From contig JBGAML010000006.1 of the NCBI GenBank assembly GCA_044223005.1, forward strand, positions 1-64,000: a DNA stretch of 64,000 nt, written 5' to 3'. Shown here piece after piece: positions 1 to 9,144 of the stretch (the stretch's first letter is position 1; every line of letters begins with the position of its first letter). The stretch is from Candidatus Eiseniibacteriota bacterium. GTDB lineage: Bacteria; Eisenbacteria; RBG-16-71-46. The position numbers were made by a program, and so were the translations under genes. The notes beneath the pieces were generated by a model. The model was not told the DNA's origin. It saw only the letters and a list, made by a program, of their open reading frames with translations, and made no database searches.

Positions 1-221
1 GCGACGGGGATCAGCCGCTTGGGATAGCGGAGCCAGTAGGTGGTGGCGAAGGTCTGGGTGGAGAAGTTGCGCCCACAGTGGTCACAGCGGAAACGGGCGA
101 TGCGGCGGGGGCGGGCCTGGCGGGTGTAGTAGCCGGCGTGGGACCAGCGCCACAAGGCACGCTCGGCCTTGTGGTAGCGACAGCTCGGGTTGGGGCAGAA
201 TGGCGGGATGAAGGTCGTCAT
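1..221 (-). mobile_element. Partial zinc-ribbon transposase-like protein (IS1/InsA-like N-terminus), runs off the left edge
   Basis: Not in the ORF track. Manual translation from ATG at 221: MTTFIPPFCPNPSCRYHKAERALWRWSHAGYYTRQARPRRIARFRCDHCGRNFSTQTFATTYWLRYPKRLIPV, a CPxxxC...RFRCxxCGRxF zinc ribbon. The catalytic region lies outside the window. Confidence 0.6.
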
Positions 222-234
222 GCAGGAGGATCAC

Positions 235-251
235 TGCACCTCCCGCGCCAA
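235..251 (-). promoter_or_regulatory. Sigma54 (-24/-12) promoter candidate for the zinc-ribbon gene
   Basis: Minus strand TTGGCGCGGGAGGTGCA has exact GG-N10-GC spacing; predicted +1 near 224, just before the ATG at 221. Confidence 0.5.
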
Positions 252-330
252 CTGCATTCATCCGAGCACAACCCAACTCGAGCAGCACCGGCGGGCCCGC
301 CCGGCCGAGCGCGCCGCGGCCCCGAACGAT

Positions 331-363
331 GCGAGCCGGCACGGGATTCCCGGGCCGGCTCGC
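331..363. terminator. GC-rich hairpin downstream of the lipoprotein gene
   Basis: GCGAGCCGGC...GCCGGCTCGC inverted repeat. Confidence 0.45.
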
Positions 364-376
364 GAATGCGGCGCTT

Positions 377-1753
377 CTATCGGCCGTCGGGCCCGACCGC
401 CGTCATGCCGAGGTCGACGTCGTCGACCGGGTCGAGCTTCAGGAGGTCGGCGTGCAGCGGGCGCCAGCCGTCGGCGAGCGCGGCGTACGCGAGATCCTGT
501 GCGGGCGGCAGCTCCTGCAGGAACACGAACGCGGCGCCGGCGATGAAGCGGCCGAGCACCTCGCGCTTGTACGAGCCGGAGCTCTGCACCGCGCGGCGCG
601 CCTCGAGCACCTGGCGCAGCGTGGTGCCCTCGCCGCAGGTCTCCTTCCAGTGTTTCTCGATCTCGGCGGCACGCGTCGGGTTCGCGGTGCGCAGCACCTC
701 GGACACCAGCGCGTAGTCGCCGAGGTCGCCCTCGGGCGCGTACGAGGTCCAGACGACGCGTGCGGTGGTGGAGCGCTGGGCGTGCTGGTGCGCCAGCGTC
801 GCGCCCTCGCGGGTGGCGATCACCTCGTAGTCCACGTCCACGTTCACCGTGCGCACGCGCGCCACGACCTCGATCGGGATCTCGATCCAGCGCGTGGTCG
901 TGGCGCCGCCGGCATCCTTGTGCGAGACCCGGCGCCAGATGTGGTCGGTGTAGAGCTGGAGCCGCGTGCGCGAGTCCACGTCGCCGATGCTGCCCCACAC
1001 CACGCGCTGCGCGCCGGCCTTCTTCGCGGCCGCGATCGCGTCCGCACGCGAGCGCCGGCCCAGCGCGCTCGCGCTCATGGCGTTCTCGATTTCCGACATC
1101 CCGAGCACGCGCGTGAAGCGGGCGTCCGGCGGGGCGAGCTGCTGCGCGAGGTCGTCGCGCCATTTGGCGGCCACGTCGCGGCCGAGCCCGGTGTTGGCGC
1201 GCGAGGCGACGAACGGCGCGATCGCGACCCGCGTCAGCGCCTTCTCGTACGCGCGATCGGCGAGCCGGGCGGCGTCGCGGTAGTCGGCGACGAACCGCTG
1301 CGCCTCGTTCAGGCGCACGTAGGCGGACTTGGGACGCTTTGCGGCCATGTCGGCCACGGCGTGCCGGTAGGCCGACGACGCGGCGGCGGTGCGCAGGGCC
1401 GTCTCGGCCTTCGCCTGCTCGGGCGCCACGGTGACCGCCGCGAACGGCGACGCGTCGATGCGGAAATGCGCGAGTTGGAGCACCTGCTCGGCGGCCGCGA
1501 GGCTGTCCGAGAACGCGAGCGCGTGGATCCGCTGCTCCCAGTCGCGCGCCATGGCGTTGCCGGCGGTGTTGGCGACGGCGCGCGCGCGCGTGTTGCCGGG
1601 ATCCTTGCGCAGCGATCGGACCGCGAGGTCCCAGGCGCGGCCGTTCTCGCCCGAAGCGAGCTTGGCCTCACCGCGTTCGGCGAGCTTGGACGAACCGGCG
1701 CAGCCGGAGAGGAGGAGCAGGGCGAGTACGGCCGGAACGAAGCGACGGGGCAT
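377..1753 (-). CDS. Hypothetical lipoprotein (helical/TPR-like N-half)
   Basis: ATG at 1753 with AAGGAG RBS; MPRRFVPAVLALLLLSGC lipobox; GC3-rich codons. Confidence 0.8.
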   Translation of the reverse strand: MPRRFVPAVLALLLLSGCAGSSKLAERGEAKLASGENGRAWDLAVRSLRKDPGNTRARAVANTAGNAMARDWEQRIHALAFSDSLAAAEQVLQLAHFRIDASPFAAVTVAPEQAKAETALRTAAASSAYRHAVADMAAKRPKSAYVRLNEAQRFVADYRDAARLADRAYEKALTRVAIAPFVASRANTGLGRDVAAKWRDDLAQQLAPPDARFTRVLGMSEIENAMSASALGRRSRADAIAAAKKAGAQRVVWGSIGDVDSRTRLQLYTDHIWRRVSHKDAGGATTTRWIEIPIEVVARVRTVNVDVDYEVIATREGATLAHQHAQRSTTARVVWTSYAPEGDLGDYALVSEVLRTANPTRAAEIEKHWKETCGEGTTLRQVLEARRAVQSSGSYKREVLGRFIAGAAFVFLQELPPAQDLAYAALADGWRPLHADLLKLDPVDDVDLGMTAVGPDGR

Positions 1754-1831
1754 GGGGCCCTCCTTGTCGCCGGGAGTTATCGGCCCCGGCGGCGGGGGGC
1801 TTGAACGCGGGCGGGCCGCCGCCCGCGCCGC

Positions 1832-1920
1832 CGCGAAAGCGTTCTCGCCTGCGGCCGCACGCCGAATGGCATGGGCCGCGCGGGGTTCCGAGGGCGTGCT
1901 GCTCCGCGCGGAGCACGGCG
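1832..1920 (+). repeat. ~89-bp imperfect direct repeat, copy 1
   Basis: CGCGAAAGCGTTCTCG.CTGCGGCC...GGCGTGCTGCTCCGCGCGGAGCACGGCG recurs at 3727-3815; contains the palindrome GCTCCGCGCGGAGC. Confidence 0.9.
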
Positions 1921-2160
1921 AGGGGAGACCGGATTCTCGTCGCATGCAACACTCCGGTTTGGGGGGTCCGACGTGCCTCGAACTCGAACGCTCGATTGCA
2001 CGGGTCAGGACCGCGAACCCTTGTGCGAGTCGGACGTGGCCACTGCGAGTTGCGTCGACGGTGGCGTAGGGAGACGCTGCCCGGTGCCGTCGCACCGCGC
2101 GTGTCGCCCCCTGGACGACAGCGCGCGAGTCCTTCTCGATCCGCCTTGGGGAGTCCGTCC

Positions 2161-3702
2161 ATGGGCGCCGTGCCGCGCGTCACCGTTTGCATCGTCGTCG
2201 GTTTCCTCACCGTTCTCGCACCCATGGCGGTCGCCGAGCCCGGATTCGGTCTTCATGCGAACAGCATGTCGCGGTTCGTGCTCATGACGGATTCGCCGAG
2301 GAGTTCCGAAGGCTCCACGGAGTGGTTGTCGCCCCGCAGTGTCCTGCGCGGTCTCGTACGGACGAATGGGGCGTTCGCGTTCGCATACTCACCATCCTTT
2401 GTGGACACGGTGAGCAGCGTGATGGACCACGCCACCTGGTTCAATCTCGGCTCGCCGATCGCACTCGCGGCGGACCACAACGGCTCCGCGGACCGGCCGT
2501 CCTTCGAGCGGGGATTCGATCGAGGAGCGGCGATGGTTCCGCTGCCCACGAACGCCTACGTCCAGCAGGGCATGACGCTCTACTCCTTCCCGAGCTTCGA
2601 CTCCGCACCGCCCAACGCCCGTGTCAACAGCTACTGCAATACCGGCGTCTTCGGCCGCGCGACTCCTCCAAATGGCGTTTACATCAGCCGTATGCAAATG
2701 AATCCCATCGGCATCTACGTCGTCGGTGGTCTCTCTCAATGCCGGATCTGGGCCGATGTGGTCGCCGGCCGGCAGTGGTATCGGCTCCAGCAGGGAGGCA
2801 GGACTTGGACGATCCTCGTGGCGGGTCGTGGTTCCCAGGCTCGGGTCACGGTCTGGCACGGTGACGATACGAGTGGTTCTCCGGCCGAGGCCTACTTGAG
2901 CAACTCGGATGGGAACTTCCTCGGTGCTCTGTACGTGGACGGAGCGATCGACGATCTCCGAGGGCCCGGGCGCGTCAATGGAAGCCCTGCGCCTGCGGTC
3001 GCTGCCGGCATGCACCTCATGGTAGTCGCCCACGATGACATTGTGATCCAGGGCGACATCACCTGCGCCGATTTCGATTCCGGCGACGCCGTTCTCGGGA
3101 TCATGTCGGGAACCGGACGAGTGCGCATAGGCCGGCTCGCCCCGAACAACTGCCATCTTGACGCGTTCGTCATGGCAACCGGCCCCAACGGCGAGTTCAC
3201 CGTGGACGATTTCGACTTGGGTGGACCGCGCGGTGTGTTCCATCTGCGCGGCGGCTGCGTGAGCCGGTTCTTTGGTGATTTCGGCACTTCGTCGTCGCCG
3301 CTGGACTCCCTGAGGAGCGGCTATTCGCGTGAGTTCGTTCACGACGATCGCCAGCTTCTTCCGCCCCTGTTCCCGACGTTCGTGAACTGGCTCGCGCGCG
3401 GCGAGCACGTGCCCGTCGAGTTGTTGACCCCCGAACTGGTCGCGATCAGCACTGATCGCACTCGTGGTGAGCTCGAATGCCGGTACGCGCTCTCGCACGG
3501 CGGTCGAGTTCGAATCGAGCTGCTGGATGCGGACGGTCGAATCGTGGCGTCCCTCGTCGATGCCGACCGTCCGGCGGGCGAGGGAATCGTCCGGTGGCAT
3601 CGTGGCAGGGGGCTCTCCGCAGCACTCTGGCCGGGTGTCTACACGGTCCGCATGCAAGCCCAGGGGCGAACTTCGGTCGCTCGGGTCGTCTTCCGGGACT
3701 GA
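2161..3702 (+). CDS. Secreted DUF4900/PilX-C-like protein with C-terminal FlgD-Ig/T9SS-like domain
   Basis: Signal peptide ending AVA-E; motifs [39 protein letters not shown]; tail '[12 protein letters not shown]...W...PGVYTVRM'; many A/T-ending codons. Confidence 0.7.
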   Translation: MGAVPRVTVCIVVGFLTVLAPMAVAEPGFGLHANSMSRFVLMTDSPRSSEGSTEWLSPRSVLRGLVRTNGAFAFAYSPSFVDTVSSVMDHATWFNLGSPIALAADHNGSADRPSFERGFDRGAAMVPLPTNAYVQQGMTLYSFPSFDSAPPNARVNSYCNTGVFGRATPPNGVYISRMQMNPIGIYVVGGLSQCRIWADVVAGRQWYRLQQGGRTWTILVAGRGSQARVTVWHGDDTSGSPAEAYLSNSDGNFLGALYVDGAIDDLRGPGRVNGSPAPAVAAGMHLMVVAHDDIVIQGDITCADFDSGDAVLGIMSGTGRVRIGRLAPNNCHLDAFVMATGPNGEFTVDDFDLGGPRGVFHLRGGCVSRFFGDFGTSSSPLDSLRSGYSREFVHDDRQLLPPLFPTFVNWLARGEHVPVELLTPELVAISTDRTRGELECRYALSHGGRVRIELLDADGRIVASLVDADRPAGEGIVRWHRGRGLSAALWPGVYTVRMQAQGRTSVARVVFRD

Positions 3703-3726
3703 GGCCGCAAGCCGGCGTGACACCCG

Positions 3727-3815
3727 CGCGAAAGCGTTCTCGTCTGCGGCCGGCCGCGGAACGGCATGCGCCGCTCGGGGTTTCGGAGGCGTGCTGCTCC
3801 GCGCGGAGCACGGCG
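3727..3815 (+). repeat. ~89-bp imperfect direct repeat, copy 2
   Basis: Matches 1832-1920; starts 25 bp after the upstream stop codon. Confidence 0.9.
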
Positions 3816-3916
3816 GCTGGCGTGCCGATAACCCGGGGAGCACGCTGTCGGTGGTCCGGGAACCTCCATCCTCCGCTCCGACCCCAGGGGTCGAACCGCA
3901 TCACCCGGAGGTTCTC

Positions 3917-5626
3917 ATGTCGATCGCCACCTCGAGCCGGCCGTCCGCGCACAGCCTGCGGACGCGCGGCCGTCGCATCCTCGACGATCCCAGCATCAAC
4001 AAGGACTCCGCCTTCTCGCCCGAGGAGCGCGAGCAGTTCGGCCTGCTGGGACTGCTGCCGCCCAACGTCACGACGATCCAGGAGCAGATCGCGCTCGAGC
4101 TCGAGCACCTGCGCTCGAAGAGCGACGAGCTCGAGAAGTTCGTCGGCTTGCGCGCGCTGCACGATCGCAACACCACGCTCTACTACCGCCTGCTGGTGGA
4201 ACACCTGAGCGAGATGATGCCGATCGTCTACACGCCCACGGTCGGCCGCGCCTGCCAGCACTACAGCCACATCTACCGCCGTCCGCACGGCCTCTGGATC
4301 ACCAGCGAGGACCTCGACCGCATCCCCGAGCTGCTGCGGAACGCGGCCGAAGGCGACGTGCGCCTGATCGTCGTCACCGACAACGAGCGCATCCTCGGTC
4401 TCGGCGACCAGGGCGCGGGCGGCATGGGCATCCCGAACGGCAAGATCGCGCTCTACATCGCGGGCGCGGGCATCCATCCGTCACAGACGCTGCCGATCAG
4501 CCTCGACGTGGGCACCGACAACACGGCGCTGCTCGAGGATCCGTCGTACCTCGGCTGCCGCCGCCGCCGCCTGCGCGGCAAGCCGTACGAGGACTTCATC
4601 GAAGCGTTCGTGCAGGGCGTACGCGAGGTGTTCCCGCACGCGATCATCCAGTGGGAGGATTTCCGCAAGGGCAACGCGTTCGCGATCCTCGACCGCTATC
4701 GCCGCCGCATCGCCAGCTTCAACGACGACATCCAGGGCACCGCGGCGGTCGCGCTGTCGGGCCTGCTCGCGGCGCTGCGGATCACCAACGGCAAGCTCGC
4801 CGAGCAGCGGATCGTGTTCGCGGGTGCGGGCGCGGCCGGCGTGGGCATCGGGCGGCTGATCCGCGCGTCGCTGCTCGAGGACGGCGTCGCGGACGCGCAG
4901 ATCCACCGCGGCCACATCTACTGCGACAGCCGCGGCCTGCTGCACGCCAACTCGCGCATCACGGATTCGCACAAGCTCCCGGTCGCGATGACGGCCGAGG
5001 AGATGGCGTCGTGGGGCTTCGAGGGCAACGGCCCGTTCGACCTGCTCGAAGTGGTGGCCAAGGTGAAGCCGACGATCCTGATCGGCACCTCGGCGGTGCC
5101 GGGCCTCTTCACCGAGGAGATCGTCCGCGAGATGGCGTCGCACGTCGAGCGCCCGATCATCTTCCCGTTCAGCAATCCGACGTCGATGTGCGAGTGCACG
5201 CCGGCCGAGGCCCTGCGCTGGTCGGGCGGACGCGCGATCCTCGCGACGGGCAGCCCGTTCGCACCCGTCGAGTTCGAGGGCCGCGTGCACGAGATCGGGC
5301 AGGGCAACAACGTGTTCGTGTTCCCCGGCATCGGGCTCGGCAGCATCCTGTCCGAGGCGCGCGAGATCAGCGACGAGCTGATGCTCACCGCCGCACACAC
5401 GCTCGCGGCCAACGTGAGCGCGGCGCGGCTCGAACGCGGCGCGGTCTATCCCGACATCAACGAGCTCCGCAGGATGAGCGCGCTGATCGCGGCGGCCGTG
5501 ATCCGCAAGGCGCGCGACCTCAAGATCGGGCGGCGGATCGAGGACCACGAGGTGGAGGCGCTCGTCGAGGACGCCATGTGGTTCCCCGAGTACGGCCCGA
5601 TCTCGCCGAGCGACCTCGAGTCGTGA
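3917..5626 (+). CDS. maeA: NAD-dependent malic enzyme
   Basis: GGAGG RBS; motifs [51 protein letters not shown]. Confidence 0.96.
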   Translation: MSIATSSRPSAHSLRTRGRRILDDPSINKDSAFSPEEREQFGLLGLLPPNVTTIQEQIALELEHLRSKSDELEKFVGLRALHDRNTTLYYRLLVEHLSEMMPIVYTPTVGRACQHYSHIYRRPHGLWITSEDLDRIPELLRNAAEGDVRLIVVTDNERILGLGDQGAGGMGIPNGKIALYIAGAGIHPSQTLPISLDVGTDNTALLEDPSYLGCRRRRLRGKPYEDFIEAFVQGVREVFPHAIIQWEDFRKGNAFAILDRYRRRIASFNDDIQGTAAVALSGLLAALRITNGKLAEQRIVFAGAGAAGVGIGRLIRASLLEDGVADAQIHRGHIYCDSRGLLHANSRITDSHKLPVAMTAEEMASWGFEGNGPFDLLEVVAKVKPTILIGTSAVPGLFTEEIVREMASHVERPIIFPFSNPTSMCECTPAEALRWSGGRAILATGSPFAPVEFEGRVHEIGQGNNVFVFPGIGLGSILSEAREISDELMLTAAHTLAANVSAARLERGAVYPDINELRRMSALIAAAVIRKARDLKIGRRIEDHEVEALVEDAMWFPEYGPISPSDLES

Positions 5627-7602
5627 GCGCGCCCTCCGCGGCGACCCCGGCGGCCCCGCGGCCGGGGCCGCCGCTGGACGTGCCGTTCGACGAGCTGCCG
5701 CGCGAGTCGATCCTGCGCGCGTTCGGCGTCGAGTACGTGCACGTGCGGCCGCCGGAGGGCGGCGACCTCTACCTGACGCGCTTCGGCTGGCCGCACGTGC
5801 GGCAGCTGCTGCCGCAGCACTGGTACACCGACCAGCAGTACGCCGAGCGCGGCGTGAAACTGCCGGGTGGTTCGGGTCACGTGTACCGCGTGCACACGCG
5901 CCCCGAAGGCGGGCGGCCCTGCGACCTGGTCGTGAAGTTCTCGCGCATGGCGCAGGAGGTCTCGATCGTCGTCGAGGGCACCATGCCCGACCTGCCGGCG
6001 GACAACGACGTCGTCGCGCAGGCCCGCTACAACAGTCCGATGGAGGAGTTCGGGCTGGTGATGGAGATGCGCCGCGGCGAGCGCGGTCCGCGCGACCTGC
6101 GCCTGCTCGCGCAGCGGCCGCTCGCGATCTACGCACCGCCGGAGGCGTTCGACCTCTGGCAGCTCGGGCGCAGCGACACGCGCTTCTACACGCACCACCA
6201 CATGCTCGCGCAGGACCAGAGCGGTGCGCAGTGGGCGATCGAGCTCGACATCCGCCGCGTCTACGTCCTGCTCTACAGCTGGATCAAGGGACTCGACGCC
6301 GAGGACTGCCACCACGCCGGGCTGCTCGGCGACCGCGAGTTCGCCGCGATCACGCCGCGCGTGACCGGAGACATGGCGGCGAAGGGCTTCCGCGTGATCG
6401 ACAACAAGCCCAAGCACTACATCCTGCGCCCGCGCGCCGATGGCCGCGGCCTGCTGCGCGATCGCACGGGGGAGCTCGCGTACGGGCTCGTGGACTTCGA
6501 GTTCCTGCAGCGCACGCAGGAGCGCGAACGCGCGCACGCCTCGGCGCAGCGCGGCCGCTTCTGGAGCCTGCGCACGCGGCGCCCGGGCGACGTGGCGCCG
6601 TCGGCCGACGCGCGCACCGTGCGCGTGTTCGAGACCGACTGGCTCTTCTCGCCGCTCTCGGACGGCGGCAAGCTCTGGGTGCGCGGCGCCGACCCGGGGC
6701 TGTTCGACTACTTCATGCCGGACCGCTGGCGGCGCACGCCGCGCGTCAAGCTCTCCGAGACCAGCCAGACGTTCCGCACGCGCACGCGCGACGGACTGCA
6801 CGTGATCTACCGGCTTTCGCGCTGCGGCCTGCGGCCGCACGCCGATCCGCTCACCGATCGCGGACGCCGCATTCGCGAGCACGGCTACAACAGCGCGTTC
6901 GAGGAGGCCGCGATCGCCGAGCTGCTGCCGCCGCTCGGGATCCCGACCGTGGTGCCGCAGGCGATCTATCGCACCGCGCACGAGACGACGCAGGCGCCGC
7001 ACCTGCGCGACCCGCGCCGCTTCGCGAGCCACGCCCACCTGCTCACGCCGGAGGACCCGCCCGAGCCGATGCTCTCGCCCCGGCACGACTACTACACGAT
7101 CTGGGTGGCGTTCCGCGGGCAGCTGCCGCCGCGCGGGCCGTCGGCGGACGCCGACCGCGGCATCATCGACCTGGAGCGCGCGGTGGAAGACCAGCTGCTC
7201 TCGGCGGAGGAGTCCGCCGCCGCGCTCGAGTCCGCGCGCCGGCGGCTGGTGCGCCGCGGGCTGCCCGCGCAGGGGCTGGCCGCCGAGGACCTCGTGGTGC
7301 GGCTCGATCCGCACGGTGGCGTCGCGCGCACGCCGGGCGGCGAGGTGGCGATGCTGCTCGGGATCGACCTGCTCACGGCGTACGAGTTCGGCCTGCTCGG
7401 CGAGGAGGCCTACCGCGAGCTGCTGCTGCGCTCGGACGAGCGGCTGCGCGCGGCCGACCACGAGAAGCTCGACCCGACCGGGCGCCACCTGCTGCTCACG
7501 ATGGATCCCGACGGGCGCTTCGAGCGCGACGCGGCCGGCTGGGTGCGCACGGTGCTCGCCAGTTTCGCGCTGGTGCGCGGGCTCTACCGGCCCGTGCGTT
7601 GA
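5623..7602 (+). CDS. Hypothetical protein with tandem protein-kinase-like (RIO/Kdo-type) domains
   Basis: GTGA overlap with the maeA stop; GGSGHVY, LVVKF, EEF, DNKPKH, LVDFE; internal repeat YNSPMEEF / YNSAFEEA. Confidence 0.75.
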   Translation: MSAPSAATPAAPRPGPPLDVPFDELPRESILRAFGVEYVHVRPPEGGDLYLTRFGWPHVRQLLPQHWYTDQQYAERGVKLPGGSGHVYRVHTRPEGGRPCDLVVKFSRMAQEVSIVVEGTMPDLPADNDVVAQARYNSPMEEFGLVMEMRRGERGPRDLRLLAQRPLAIYAPPEAFDLWQLGRSDTRFYTHHHMLAQDQSGAQWAIELDIRRVYVLLYSWIKGLDAEDCHHAGLLGDREFAAITPRVTGDMAAKGFRVIDNKPKHYILRPRADGRGLLRDRTGELAYGLVDFEFLQRTQERERAHASAQRGRFWSLRTRRPGDVAPSADARTVRVFETDWLFSPLSDGGKLWVRGADPGLFDYFMPDRWRRTPRVKLSETSQTFRTRTRDGLHVIYRLSRCGLRPHADPLTDRGRRIREHGYNSAFEEAAIAELLPPLGIPTVVPQAIYRTAHETTQAPHLRDPRRFASHAHLLTPEDPPEPMLSPRHDYYTIWVAFRGQLPPRGPSADADRGIIDLERAVEDQLLSAEESAAALESARRRLVRRGLPAQGLAAEDLVVRLDPHGGVARTPGGEVAMLLGIDLLTAYEFGLLGEEAYRELLLRSDERLRAADHEKLDPTGRHLLLTMDPDGRFERDAAGWVRTVLASFALVRGLYRPVR

Positions 7603-7624
7603 GCGGCCGCGCGCGGCTCGGAGC

Positions 7625-7818
7625 GAAATGAAACCGCGGCCCGGGGGGGACCTGGGAAGCGCGAGCGAGATGACTCCCCCAGGAGTGCGCCCGTGGGGCG
7701 CCCCCGTCGCCGGGCCGCGGCGATCGACTTCGATATGAACTGCAGCGCCGTGACCAGCCGGGCTTCTGAGGATGGAGTCGGACGGGGGAAACCCGGCCGC
7801 CACGGCGCATCCTGTCCC
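7625..7818 (-). ncRNA. Candidate sigma54-dependent structured small RNA
   Basis: Sigma54 site at 7827-7842; stem 7745-7808 with a C-rich loop; branched stem 7634-7720 followed by TTTCATTTC; no credible ORF. Confidence 0.5.
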
Positions 7819-7826
7819 ACTCGTTG

Positions 7827-7842
7827 AGCATCTCGCGTGCCG
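7827..7842 (-). promoter_or_regulatory. Sigma54 promoter (leftward)
   Basis: CGGCACGCGAGATGCT: GGCAC plus exact GG-N10-GC spacing. Confidence 0.6.
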
Positions 7843-8193
7843 CGTGCGCGATACGCGGCCGACGCGAGCCGCGCGTTGCGAGCGGCGCAGTTACGCGCGC
7901 ACGTCGCGATCCCGTTCTCGACAGCGCGCGCCCCGGCGCGCCGCGGGCTGTCAGCCCGGCGCTGCCGTGTGACACCGCGTCATGATCTTGCGTGTTGGCA
8001 CACAGGAATAGCCGCGTGCTCGCGTGCGTTCCGCGCCACCGCGGTCGCGCCGCCCGAGCGGTTCACGATTCGTCGACACGGTGGGGCGTCGTGTCGCGGT
8101 CGGGGCGGCGTCACGGGGACGCGCGCCCCGGTCGCGGACGGCGGCGCCGCGCGAAACGCGCCACCGGCGCGGGAATTCGCGCGCGCAGCGCCG

Positions 8194-8209
8194 TGGCACG
8201 CGGCTCGCT
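8194..8209 (+). promoter_or_regulatory. Sigma54 promoter (rightward)
   Basis: TGGCACGCGGCTCGCT: TGGCAC plus GG-N10-GC, ~50 bp before a strong RBS. Confidence 0.65.
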
Positions 8210-8257
8210 CTGTCGTCCGCGCGTCACGAACCGGGCGACATCACGAGGGAGGACGCC

Positions 8258-8479
8258 ATGGAACAGCCCACGACGCACGTCACGTTCGAGCCGGAACCGC
8301 AGCGACCGGGCAGGAGCATTCGCGGTGAGACGCCGGACCCGTCGGCGTGGGAGGCGAGGACGCGAGCCTCGCGCGGAGCGCGCTCCGTATCGCGGGACGC
8401 CGTTCCCCGAGGTGCACGCGGTGATCCCGACTCGCTTCGTTCGGGCTCGCGTTCCCCGCCCCTGCTCGTGGCGACGTGA
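8258..8479 (+). CDS. Small hypothetical protein (73 aa)
   Basis: GAGGGAGG RBS then ATG (MEQPTTHVTFEP...); no recognisable motif. Confidence 0.4.
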   Translation: MEQPTTHVTFEPEPQRPGRSIRGETPDPSAWEARTRASRGARSVSRDAVPRGARGDPDSLRSGSRSPPLLVAT

Positions 8480-8552
8480 GCCCGCTTCTCCCAGTCGAAT
8501 GTCCGGCACCGGACCGGGGGGTCTCGCGGTGCCGCGTTCGGGGAGGTACGTC

Positions 8553-8939
8553 ATGAACTGCTGGAAGCCGTTGCAGTGGTCGAACGAGTTGGACGCGGAC
8601 AGCGGCGTCCGCGTGATCCGGCTCTCCGGCATCGTCACCGACTCGCATGCCGCTGATGCGCTCATCGACGAGGTGCGCGCGGACCTGAGGGTCCGCGCGC
8701 GCCCGCTGCTGCTGGACCTCTCGCACGTCGACCACCTGACGAGCGCGGGCGTGGGCATGGTCGCGGCGCTCTACACGTCGGCGATCAACGCCGGCACCGC
8801 GATCGCGCTCGCGGGCCTGAGCGTGCACGCGCGGACCATGCTCCGAATCGTGCACCTGCTGCCGCTGCTGCGCACCTTCGACCGCGCCGAGGACGCGCTC
8901 GACGCGTTCGCGGGCGGCGCCTGGGACGCCGTCGGATGA
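8553..8939 (+). CDS. STAS-domain anti-sigma factor antagonist
   Basis: GGGAGG RBS; LLLDLSHVDHLTSAGVG phosphoacceptor motif; IRLSG. Confidence 0.88.
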   Translation: MNCWKPLQWSNELDADSGVRVIRLSGIVTDSHAADALIDEVRADLRVRARPLLLDLSHVDHLTSAGVGMVAALYTSAINAGTAIALAGLSVHARTMLRIVHLLPLLRTFDRAEDALDAFAGGAWDAVG

Positions 8940-9031
8940 ACGCGCGGCCGCGCATGCGGCTGGCCGCGCACGCGGGGGCGGCGCGCATCGCGGACGACGT
9001 CACGGTCCTGCTGCTGCGGCGCGAGCGCTGA
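8936..9031 (+). pseudogene. Remnant of a PP2C/SpoIIE (RsbU-like) phosphatase C-terminus
   Basis: ATGA-coupled 31-aa ORF ending AHAGAARIADDVTVLLLRRER, resembling the terminal DDxT motif of SpoIIE-family phosphatases. Confidence 0.55.
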
Positions 9032-9144
9032 CGGCCCCGGCGCGGCGCGATCGCTGACGCCCGCGCCGCTCGCGGGCGCGTCGCCCCCTGCCGAATCGCC
9101 CGCCGCGCGGGTATGCTGCGCACCGTCCCGCACAGGAGGTGCGC

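Noticed and set aside
1832..1920. Integron attC site
   Set aside because: No convincing RYYYAAC/GTTRRRY ends and no integrase in the window
7995..8012. TTGGCAC as a further sigma54 promoter
   Set aside because: GC lies 12 nt, not 10 nt, after GG
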